Of a stretch of DNA of 64,000 nt, positions 18,145-27,525 are shown piece by piece. Under the pieces are notes generated by a model that saw only the letters and a list, made by a program, of their open reading frames with translations, was not told where the DNA came from and ran no database searches. The DNA lies in NCBI GenBank assembly GCA_963783575.1, contig CAWAOD010000005.1, forward strand, positions 384,001 through 448,000. The letters run 5' to 3'. This DNA comes from an uncultured Spirochaetota bacterium (GTDB taxonomy: Bacteria; Spirochaetota; Brevinematia; Brevinematales; JAOACQ01). Position 1 is the first letter of the stretch, and each line of letters starts with the position of its first letter. The translations under genes were made by a program, and so were the position numbers.

Positions 18145-20805
18145 TTATCCCTGTTCAATGACCGTCTTCAGCCGGTTTTTCAGTTCATCCGTATCGCCGG
18201 TATTTAAAGTCTGGTTTATTACAGCTTCAAAAACATCCTTTACATACCATCCTGCAGTATCAATGATAGCGTTTGAAATCTCTATATTATTCTGCGCCAA
18301 AAAAGATGTAATATCGTAAAGCAGGGCAGGCCTGTCCGTACATGAAATATCGAATTTGTAAAAATTACCGGTTGTTCCGTCAATAATAATTTCTGTCTTT
18401 CTGTGGAAAATGGAATTGACAGGTTTTAATTTCTTCTTAAATTCATATATAACCTTTGATAATTTATTATAATCATCTTTGTATTCCATGAATAATTTAT
18501 CAAGATTTTCCTTCCATATCCTTAGTTCTTCCTTCATACTGTGCTCGGTAAAATCCAGGCCGAACAGCCTTATGATGTAAAATTCGTCAAGCGCCGTGTT
18601 TTCAAATGTATGAATATCCGCCCTTACTACATCCGCTCCGTTAAGGAAAAGAATACCCGATAATAATGAAAAAAGACCGATTTTATCGGCGGCAAAAAAC
18701 TTAACCTTGAAGTAATCGTTGAAAGCCTTTATTTCAATCTTATAATTGATATTTGAAATTTCCCTTATGGTTTTATAATCGCTCAGGATATCTTCCTCAT
18801 CATTGGTCAGGATGTATTTACCGCTTATTTCACTTAAAAAAGTGTTAATTCTATCATCATTGAGTTTTTCAATTAATCTAACTGCTGTTGATTTAATCAA
18901 ATCGGCTTGATAATTCTCGTCGATTTTTCTGGAAAGCAGGCCTGATACGTTTCTATATACACGGTTAAGCAATTCTGCCATATAGCCTGAAAAGTTTTTG
19001 GGGTTCGTTGCATAGATATCAGAATATGTCAATAGAAAAAGGAAATCAAGATATTCAACCGGAAACGCCGTCATAAAAAATTCTTTTGCAAGGTCAAGCA
19101 GCAGCTGCATGCTCGATATGTCACTTCTTCTGATAATATTTGAAAGCAGCAAATGGTTATTTATCAGGAATAAAATTGCCTTTTTATATGAAGTATAAAT
19201 GGGAATTTTCTTAAAAATCTCGTCAGCCATTTCCACGCCATTTTTAGCATGGTCTCCGTTGTAGGTCTTTCCTATATCATGAAGAATAAGGCAGAATTTA
19301 ACGACCCAGATATTATCCCTGTAATTTATTGCCGTTTCCTGAAGAATCACGTATTTCAGCCTTTCGGATTCTTTGATTTCCTTTGTATAAAGTGATTCTA
19401 AAGCCCTGACGGCCTCTATGGAATGCTGGTCAACGGTATATTTATGAAAAGGGTTGTGAAGAATCATATGCTTAATTTTACCGAATAAAGGAATATAGCG
19501 GTAAATAAATCCTGAAAGTTTCAAGACTGTAAGAGCTTCATAGGAATTTCCCAGATTTAGGATATTTTTGAATTGATTGAAAATCTCTCTGGATGATCTT
19601 TCCTTATCCGTAATGAGGAATGAACTTTCTTTTAAATATTGTATTAGACTAAATGAATAGAAATTTTTATTCTGAGTGTATAATGATATAAATTCAAGGG
19701 CTTTTTCAATAGAAGGTTTTATTTCTTTATTAATATAAAACTGATTATTTATAATGAAGTAATCCGTTAATTTATTTTTATCATAAAATAAAATTTCCTT
19801 CTTTTTTTCCTTAAAAAATTTAATATTTATTTCTTCCATCATATATAAAAGTATCAATTGAATATCCGAAGCCTTCTCATAATAATGCTTCATCAGGCGC
19901 CTGATTTTACTGTATTCATCACCTTCCAATTCCAGATAATTTGCAACATCGGAATGATAATCCAGATAAAGATTGTCCTCTTTCCTTTGATTTATAAAAT
20001 GAAGCATATTCCGGATATAAAGTATAAAGTCATACGCTATTGAAAGCTTACGAAAATATATTTTTGGCAGGCTTTCTTTCAATCCTTCAAGCCCTCTTTG
20101 GTTATAGAGAGCAAAATTAAGCCATTCCATTAAATGTACACTTCGCAGGCCACCGGAATTATTTTTAAGGTTCGGTTCCTTCAACAAAACCTCATTGGAC
20201 GGCTGGCTTTCAGGGTTAAGGAATATTCTTCGGATTTCTTCAACTTTTGATTTTAAATAATCTTTTCTTGTTCGCTTAAGGATTTTTGCAATTGTTGGGT
20301 TTAATTTTTGAAAAAGTTCATAATCTCCCGCCAGGAATCTTGCTTCGAATATAGAAGTAAGGAAAGTCTCATCTGTCATTCCCTGTTCCATTACATTTGA
20401 TAGTGTCCGGGTACTGCTTCCCAAATGATAGTTCATGTCCCATAAATAATAAAGAAAAATCTTTGCAAATTCTTCTATTTTTATACCATCCGAGTAAAGG
20501 AGTAAAATATCTACATCCGAGTACGGTGAAAGCTCAGATCTGCCGTATCCTCCGACTGCAATAACGGTAATTTCTTTTGGAACACCTCCTATAGCTTCAA
20601 TTACCTTTTTTATAATGGCATCCTTTAAGCTACTGAGTTGTCCTGAGATAAGGAGTCCCTTCCCAGATCTCCATTTTTTAAAGTTTTCAATTTTAAGATA
20701 ATCATACGCTTTTTTTTCAATGGATAGTACCGATTGAATAATTTCATTCCTTGGAAGAGTATATTTTAAGTTATTTATTTCCGCTATAAAATCATTAAAT
20801 TCCAT
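18145..20805 (-). CDS. glnD: PII uridylyltransferase / uridylyl-removing enzyme
   Basis: AVGGYGRxELSPYSDVD NTase motif, NLK..GGLR, HKYTVDQH, HDIGK HD domain, two ACT domains (DKIGLF, DRPALL). Likely start is ATG 20805 with RBS. Confidence 0.93.
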   Translation of the reverse strand: MEFNDFIAEINNLKYTLPRNEIIQSVLSIEKKAYDYLKIENFKKWRSGKGLLISGQLSSLKDAIIKKVIEAIGGVPKEITVIAVGGYGRSELSPYSDVDILLLYSDGIKIEEFAKIFLYYLWDMNYHLGSSTRTLSNVMEQGMTDETFLTSIFEARFLAGDYELFQKLNPTIAKILKRTRKDYLKSKVEEIRRIFLNPESQPSNEVLLKEPNLKNNSGGLRSVHLMEWLNFALYNQRGLEGLKESLPKIYFRKLSIAYDFILYIRNMLHFINQRKEDNLYLDYHSDVANYLELEGDEYSKIRRLMKHYYEKASDIQLILLYMMEEINIKFFKEKKKEILFYDKNKLTDYFIINNQFYINKEIKPSIEKALEFISLYTQNKNFYSFSLIQYLKESSFLITDKERSSREIFNQFKNILNLGNSYEALTVLKLSGFIYRYIPLFGKIKHMILHNPFHKYTVDQHSIEAVRALESLYTKEIKESERLKYVILQETAINYRDNIWVVKFCLILHDIGKTYNGDHAKNGVEMADEIFKKIPIYTSYKKAILFLINNHLLLSNIIRRSDISSMQLLLDLAKEFFMTAFPVEYLDFLFLLTYSDIYATNPKNFSGYMAELLNRVYRNVSGLLSRKIDENYQADLIKSTAVRLIEKLNDDRINTFLSEISGKYILTNDEEDILSDYKTIREISNINYKIEIKAFNDYFKVKFFAADKIGLFSLLSGILFLNGADVVRADIHTFENTALDEFYIIRLFGLDFTEHSMKEELRIWKENLDKLFMEYKDDYNKLSKVIYEFKKKLKPVNSIFHRKTEIIIDGTTGNFYKFDISCTDRPALLYDITSFLAQNNIEISNAIIDTAGWYVKDVFEAVINQTLNTGDTDELKNRLKTVIEQG

Positions 20806-20900
20806 AAATCCTTCATAAAATAACAAAAGCGGCATTGGCTATCCAATGCCGCGGTAGTTTTCTGAGTTATTATAAAATAGATAGTCTTAAATTACCATCT

Positions 20901-21239
20901 TTAGATAGCTATTTCCCCGCGTTCTTTTGTCCTGACACGAATAACATCGGTTATTTCCGATATAAATATTTTTCCATCGCCGATCTGTCCTGTTCCGGCA
21001 ATTTTGATAATCGCATCTATGATATCTTCCGCTTTATCATCTGAAGAAACAACTTCAATCTTGATTTTAGGAACGAATTTAATATCATACTCCCGTCCCC
21101 TGAAAAGTTCTTTCATGCCCTTCTGACGGCCATGTCCCTGAACTTCTGTATAATTCAAGCCGGCATAACCAAGATCGCTTAATTCTTCAACAATGGCTTC
21201 CAATTTATCAGGCCGGATAATCGCTTCTATTCTCTTCAT
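20901..21239 (-). CDS. glnK: PII nitrogen regulatory protein (GlnK by linkage to amtB)
   Basis: EAIIRP, GHGRQKG, T-loop RGREY with the Tyr51 equivalent, TGQIGDGKIF. Confidence 0.92.
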   Translation of the reverse strand: MKRIEAIIRPDKLEAIVEELSDLGYAGLNYTEVQGHGRQKGMKELFRGREYDIKFVPKIKIEVVSSDDKAEDIIDAIIKIAGTGQIGDGKIFISEITDVIRVRTKERGEIAI

Positions 21240-21275
21240 ATTTAACCTCCATAATTAATCTTTATTTTTAATTAA

Positions 21276-22620
21276 TCAATTTGCTTCGATTTGTTCGCCA
21301 TGCTGGCTTAAATCAAGGCCGCTAACCTCTTCCTCAGGTTTCGTCCTTAATCTTCCCCCGGTTATAAGATTTGTGAGGAATAAGCATATAAGGGTTCCGA
21401 TAATTGCAATTAAGACTGCGGCCAGGATTGAAACAAGTTGAATTCCAATTTGGCCCGGATTTCCGGCAATTGCACCTTTTCCCGCAGAGTTGATGGACGG
21501 GATGGCAAAAATTCCTGTTGCCAGACTCCCCACATTCCTCCAAGTCCATGCACGCTGAAAACATCAAGGGCATCATCGTATTTGAACATATTTCTAAAAA
21601 CCGACATAAATGTAAATGAAATCATACTTACAACAATTCCAATAACCAGGCTCCTCCTACATCGACAAACCCGGAAGCAGGAGTTATTGCAACAAGCCCG
21701 GCCACAACCCCTGTAGATGCACCGACAACTGTAGGTTTTTTATGAACAAGCCATTCCAGGATCATCCATGTGAGGGCAGCCATTGCCGCCGCTGTATTTG
21801 TAACAAGGAACGCGCTTCCTGCTAGGCCGTTTCCTGCAACTGCGCTTCCTGCATTGAAGCCAAACCATCCTACCCACAACAGAGCGGCTCCGATAAAGAT
21901 GTAGCCTATGTTTGCCGGCGGGTTTACCGGATTTTTCCTAAAGCCGATTCTGGGCCCAAGAAATAATACTGCAACTAGTGCCGATACTCCTGACGAAGTG
22001 TGTACAACAAGTCCTCCGGCAAAATCCAGTGCGCCTTTATGAAAAAGCCAGCCTTCAGGATTCCAGACCCAGTGCGCCAGAGGCGTATAAACTATAAGCG
22101 ACCAGAGGATTGTAAATACAAACCATCCTACAAAACTCATCCTCTCAGCAATTGCGCCTGATATCAGGGCTACTGTTATAATTGCAAACATCAACTGGAA
22201 CATTGAATAAGCGAATTCAGGAACTGTTGGCGCATTCGGATGAACCGAATTGACCGTAATGCCATGCAAAAAAGCGGATTTCAATGTCCCGAACCATTCA
22301 TAAAATCCTGTGACTTTAGTTGGATCTGTCGAAGTTGTTGTAAAAATCAGGCTGTACTGCCCGATAACCCAAAGCAGGCTGACAATGATGGCCGCGGAGA
22401 AACTGTAATATATGGTAGAAAGGATATTTTTCTTTCTTACCATACCACCGTAAAACAGGGCCAGTGCAGGCACTGTCATCATCAGTACCAGAGCAGCGGA
22501 TGTTAAAACCCAGGCTGTGTCTCCGGAATTTACTGCCGGAACCGGAGCCGATTCCCCGGCAAACAACCCGGCCAGAGGCAGCATAATTAAGGTTAAAACC
22601 AAGAAAATCTTACTCATCAT
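21276..22620 (-). CDS. amtB: Ammonium transporter, two frameshifts near 21650 and 21530
   Basis: FQLMFA, DFAGGLVVH, WVGWFGFNAGS, GLVAITPASG, DDALDVFSVHG. Three ORF pieces join on adding one C and one G. Confidence 0.95.
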
Positions 22621-22652
22621 AAAAATTCTCCTTTATAATAATATTATAATTA

Positions 22653-22669
22653 TTGCAAAAGTGATGCCA
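22653..22669 (-). promoter_or_regulatory. sigma54 (-24/-12) promoter of amtB-glnK(-glnD)
   Basis: Minus strand TGGCATCACTTTTGCAA with correct GG-N10-GC spacing, about 30 bp upstream of amtB. Confidence 0.82.
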
Positions 22670-23052
22670 ATGATCAAAAATAAATATCAAAAATATTTAA
22701 TTATATATTCAGCAATAAAATAGATAATCACATAATGCAATATTATTGATTAAATTATGCCCGCAATTAAATATAATATGTATATTTATTAATCAATAGT
22801 CTAATTTAGTGGTTATATAATAACCATTTCTTGGTATAATGTTATTGAATTTATAAAAAATCATTTAGTGAATTGATTATTTTGACATATATGAATATAT
22901 TGAATAAATTAAATTTGATTTATATTATTGCTATATAACATAAATTATCTAAAATTAAATTAGAATTTTGATTTTAGAATAAGATGCAACCAGCTATTGC
23001 AAAATGAATTGAGATGTAAGATCAGTTTACAAAAAGAACATTTTAATGATCA

Positions 23053-24493
23053 TTATATTTTCATTAAATTTTCTACAGCATAAGCAAGATTCAAAACTCC
23101 TTCCTCATCAAGGTTTTTACCTACTATTTGAGTACCAATCGGTAAGCCGGATTTAGCAAAACCGCTTGGAACCGAAATACCGGGTAGTCCGGCTAAATTT
23201 AATGAAATTGTAAAAATATCGGAAAGATACATCGATATCGGATCATTAATTTTCTCCCCGATTTTAAAAGCCGGGGTTGGAGATGTCGGACTAACAATAA
23301 AATCGACCTTTTCAAATGCCTTCTCAAAATCTTGTTTAATAAGAGTTCTGACCTTTAAAGCCTTTAAATAATAAGCATCATAATAACCTGCCGATAAAAC
23401 ATATGTTCCTAGCATAATTCTTCTTTTCACCTCAGTTCCAAAACCCTGTGATCTGCTTTTTTTATATAATTCCGAAAGGCTTTTTGCTTCAGCACGGAAT
23501 CCGTATTTAACCCCATCAAACCTTTCAAGGTTGGAACTCGCTTCCGCAGTCGCAACAATATAATATGTCGGAACAGCGTAATCCGTATGGGGAAGGCTTA
23601 TTTCAATAATTTCAGCTCCTTCGCTTTCAAGGTTTTTCAGGACATTTTTTATATTTTCATCAACGTCTCTGTCCATACCAGGAATCAGGTATTCTTTAGG
23701 AAACCCGACCTTTACCCCTTTAATGCTTTTTTTCAAGTTATACTTTTTAACCGGGATATCCAGGCTGGTTGAATCCAGAGGATCATATCCTGATATTGCG
23801 GATAAGATCATTGCGCAATCTTCAGTATTTCTTGTAATGGGTCCAATTTGATCCAGAGAAGATGCATAGGCCACAAGGCCGTATCTTGAAACAAGGCCGT
23901 ATGTTGGCTTCATACCTACAACTCCGCATAATGACGCGGGCTGCCTTATAGAGCCTCCCGTATCGCTGCCGAGTGCTGCCGGAGCCAGCTTCTCCTCCTA
24001 CAGCCGCTGCAGATCCGCCGGATGATCCTCCGGGTATTCTGTCCCTGTCGTAAGGATTTCTTGTTATACCGTAATATGAAGTTTCTGTGGATGAACCCAT
24101 CGCAAACTCATCCATATTGGTTTTACCCAGGGGTACCATGCCTTCATCAATTATTAACTTATTAATGACAGTCGCATTATAAGTTGCCCGGTAGCCTTCC
24201 AGGATCTTTGATGAGCAGGTTGTCGGAAATCCTTTTATATTCATATTGTCTTTAACGGCAATAGGAATACCGGTTAATGCTGTATGTTCTCCCTTCGAAA
24301 TTCTTTTATCGGCTCTTAACGACTGCTTAAGGGCATATTCATAGTATACATCAGTAAAAGCATTTAATGGCTTATCTCTTTTTTTATCTTTATCGATTTC
24401 ATCAAGATATGTCTTAACAATCTCAACGGATGACAGGCTTTTGTCCGACAATGCCTCTGAAAGCTCTTTAACGCTTAAATCCAGAATATTCAT
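23053..24493 (-). CDS. gatA: Asp/Glu-tRNA amidotransferase subunit A, one frameshift near 23993
   Basis: [42 protein letters not shown] in the shifted frame, [22 protein letters not shown]. Confidence 0.96.
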
Positions 24494-24527
24494 AAATAAC
24501 GGCTCCGGTATTTATTATAACATATTA

Positions 24528-25193
24528 TTATTTGTTTTTACCCTGTATCATATTGAGGATATTATTCTTATGCCTGATTATAATCAAAGCGGCTAAAATT
24601 ATTGTAAATAAAAGAATCACTATTCTTTTCGGTTCAATCAAATAAACGGAAAACGGAAAAGAAACAGCGGCGATTACTGATGATATGCCGACATTTTTCT
24701 GAAGATTTTTAAAAAACTTTATATCTTTTCTTTCATCCTGAGACATTGTTAATATTGTAAGGGCTCTGGCTGCAAAAAGTACAATAAGAAAAATTAAACC
24801 GGCCGTCGCAACTTCGTAAGGCGATATGATTATAAAAACGCCAACCGATGTTGTTACGCCTTTACCACCTTTAAAACCGAGGTATACAGGGAATATACTG
24901 CCTAAAATACAGGCAATTGCGGTAATCCCCATAGCTATGTCTAAGTCTAGATTCTGTACGCCGATAAACCTGATCAATATTATAAATAAAGCTCCTTTTA
25001 TTGCATCCATAATAAAGACAGGAAGGAACCCACCCAAAAAACCGAATTCACGGCTTACATTTGTGGCGCCGATATTTCCCGAACCGACTTTACGAATATC
25101 AACACCACGGATTCCTGCATAGACTAGGCCGAACGGAATAGAAGCAAAAAGATAAGACACAATTACACAGATTATAAATAATAATATATTCAT
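24528..25193 (-). CDS. plsY: Glycerol-3-phosphate acyltransferase
   Basis: GSGNIGATN, FKGGKGV, RHKNNI. Confidence 0.95.
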   Translation of the reverse strand: MNILLFIICVIVSYLFASIPFGLVYAGIRGVDIRKVGSGNIGATNVSREFGFLGGFLPVFIMDAIKGALFIILIRFIGVQNLDLDIAMGITAIACILGSIFPVYLGFKGGKGVTTSVGVFIIISPYEVATAGLIFLIVLFAARALTILTMSQDERKDIKFFKNLQKNVGISSVIAAVSFPFSVYLIEPKRIVILLFTIILAALIIIRHKNNILNMIQGKNK

Positions 25194-25256
25194 AAATCTA
25201 CCTCTCAGACCTATCCTGTTAAATTCTTATAATTCTTCAAGAATTCTTCATTATAA

Positions 25257-27323
25257 TTATTCAACAACAATCTTTTCAAAATCGATAAATTTCATAAACA
25301 GCCGGTCTATCATCGCTAAAAGAGAAATCCTGTTGTTCTTTAAATCTTTATTTTCGTCCATTACAAGGACATCATCAAAAAACTTATCCACAGAAGGCTT
25401 AAATGAGGTTAAAATGGAAACACATAGTCCATAATCCTTTTTTAGAAGAGCCTCTTCAAAAAACTTTTCATTTTCAAGATAAACTTTATTAAGTTCCTTT
25501 TCCGCCTCTTCCTTCAGCAATTTCTCACTAAAGTCAGTCTTATCCATGCCTTTGATAATATTTTTTACCCTTTTAAAGGCTATAGCAAGGTTTATAAAAT
25601 TCTCGGAAATCCTGGCAGTGTGTATTGCGTTGATTCTTAGATAGGTATCGTAAATGTCGGAAACATTAGAAGTAATACCCGCATCAATTTCATCGAAATC
25701 AAAATGATATTCTTTCAAAACAGTTTTAATTCTGGAAGTCATAAAATCCAGAATTTTATTTTTAAAATCGTCTTTATCTAACGATAAAAATCCTTCATAA
25801 AGAGAAATAATTTTATTCATAAGAACGCTTATATCAAGGTTAATTTTTTTATCGATTAAAATACGTATAATACCTAGTGTTTGCCTTCTTAAACCGAAAG
25901 GATCTTTTGACCCTGTAACGGTATTCCCTTTAGAGTACATAGCGAAGAGATTATCGAACCTGTCCGAAAGAGATACAAGCAGACCCTCCTTTATGGAAGG
26001 CAGATTATCGCCGCTGAATTTCGGAAGATAATGCTCTTTTATTGAAATCGCAACATTTATATTTTCAAATGAATTTAGCGCATAGTAATAACCTATGATT
26101 CCCTGCAATTCCGGAAATTCATTAACCATACTGGTTACAAGATCGGCTTTACACAGGAATGCGCTCCTTAGAGCGAGACTAAGCACTTCGTTACAGCCCA
26201 TCATTTCCGATAAAATAGCGGTTATCTGCTGGATTCTGTTAACCTTGTCGAACATAGTTCCCAGACCTTTTGCGTATAGAACATTCTTAAGTTCGGGTAT
26301 ATATTCCTCCAGCTTCTTTTTTCTATCCTCATCGAAAAAAAACTTGCCATCGCTGAAACGTGCATGAATAACCCTTTCATTTCCTTTTACAATAATACTA
26401 TTGGGCTTTGTATTTGTTATTATTATAAACCGGTTAATCAAATCCCCGTTCCCATTCTCAAGAGGTATATATTTTTGATGCTCTATCATCTCCGAGATTA
26501 GAACTTCCTTAGGGAGTTTTAACATTTCTTCATCAAAAGTTCCAGTTGCTGCATTCGGGTATTCGGTTAGATTTATAAGGGTATCCAGAAGATTCTCGCT
26601 AAGAACGGGTTTTGCATTAAGTTGTCCGGAAGTTTTATTAACAAGGTCTATGATCATTTTTTTTCTTTCATTTTGATCGGTTATTATGTTTTTCTCCCTC
26701 AACCTGTCCAGATATTCACCGGCATTGCAGATTTTAACAGGTCCATTACTGAGAAGCCTGTGACCATAAGTCAGTTTATCGGATGAAACGCCGCCAAGGC
26801 TTAAATCAATCTTCCTTTCTCCATATAAAGCCGCAATCCATCTGATCGGACGGACAAAGCTCATCTTTCCTCCGCCCCATTTCATGGTTTTTGGGAATGA
26901 TATCGATAGTATGGTATTTTTATAAACATTCGGTAATACTTCTTCTGTCCGCTTTCCCCCATATTTTTTTTCAATAAAAACATATTGAATCCCCGATACG
27001 TCTTTTTTTAAAATATCCTCAATATTAGACTGATTCGATGACAGGAATCCTTCTAATGCCCTGGTAGGTTTATTATTCTCATCAAAAGCAGCCTTAACAG
27101 ACGGCCCTTTTTTTTCAATAAATTTCTCTTTGGTTTTATCCTCAACACCTGTCATACAAATGCATAATCTACGGGGAGTTCCATAAACACTAATATTTTC
27201 ATAGTTAATTCCCTCAAAGCTAAGTTTTTCGATTATGTTAACATTTAATTGCCGGATTGTTTCCGTTAGAACCTCATGTGGAATTTCTTCAAGCCCCAAT
27301 TCAAATAAAACATTCTCTTTCAT
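25257..27323 (-). CDS. glyS: Glycine-tRNA ligase beta subunit
   Basis: LFELGLEEIP, TPRRL, FVRPIRW, EFPELQG, GSKDPFGLRR. Confidence 0.96.
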   Translation of the reverse strand: MKENVLFELGLEEIPHEVLTETIRQLNVNIIEKLSFEGINYENISVYGTPRRLCICMTGVEDKTKEKFIEKKGPSVKAAFDENNKPTRALEGFLSSNQSNIEDILKKDVSGIQYVFIEKKYGGKRTEEVLPNVYKNTILSISFPKTMKWGGGKMSFVRPIRWIAALYGERKIDLSLGGVSSDKLTYGHRLLSNGPVKICNAGEYLDRLREKNIITDQNERKKMIIDLVNKTSGQLNAKPVLSENLLDTLINLTEYPNAATGTFDEEMLKLPKEVLISEMIEHQKYIPLENGNGDLINRFIIITNTKPNSIIVKGNERVIHARFSDGKFFFDEDRKKKLEEYIPELKNVLYAKGLGTMFDKVNRIQQITAILSEMMGCNEVLSLALRSAFLCKADLVTSMVNEFPELQGIIGYYYALNSFENINVAISIKEHYLPKFSGDNLPSIKEGLLVSLSDRFDNLFAMYSKGNTVTGSKDPFGLRRQTLGIIRILIDKKINLDISVLMNKIISLYEGFLSLDKDDFKNKILDFMTSRIKTVLKEYHFDFDEIDAGITSNVSDIYDTYLRINAIHTARISENFINLAIAFKRVKNIIKGMDKTDFSEKLLKEEAEKELNKVYLENEKFFEEALLKKDYGLCVSILTSFKPSVDKFFDDVLVMDENKDLKNNRISLLAMIDRLFMKFIDFEKIVVE

Positions 27324-27525
27324 GTATTTCCCCTGTATAATTCATTATGGATAAGGTTTATTATAAAAAAAAGATCAGAAAAACACCACTTTTTTATTCT
27401 TTGTTCCATCCGATCAATAAATTATTAAATTTGATTTTTAATTTATTGATTGACAAACAGTACTATATAATGTAACATTCTAGAGACTTATATTTCTTTT
27501 CATAACTATATAAAACAGGGTTTTT

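Noticed and set aside
21276..24493. amtB and gatA as true pseudogenes or programmed frameshifts
   Set aside because: Isolated single-base indels with intact flanking protein sequence and no slippery heptamers; assembly error is more parsimonious.
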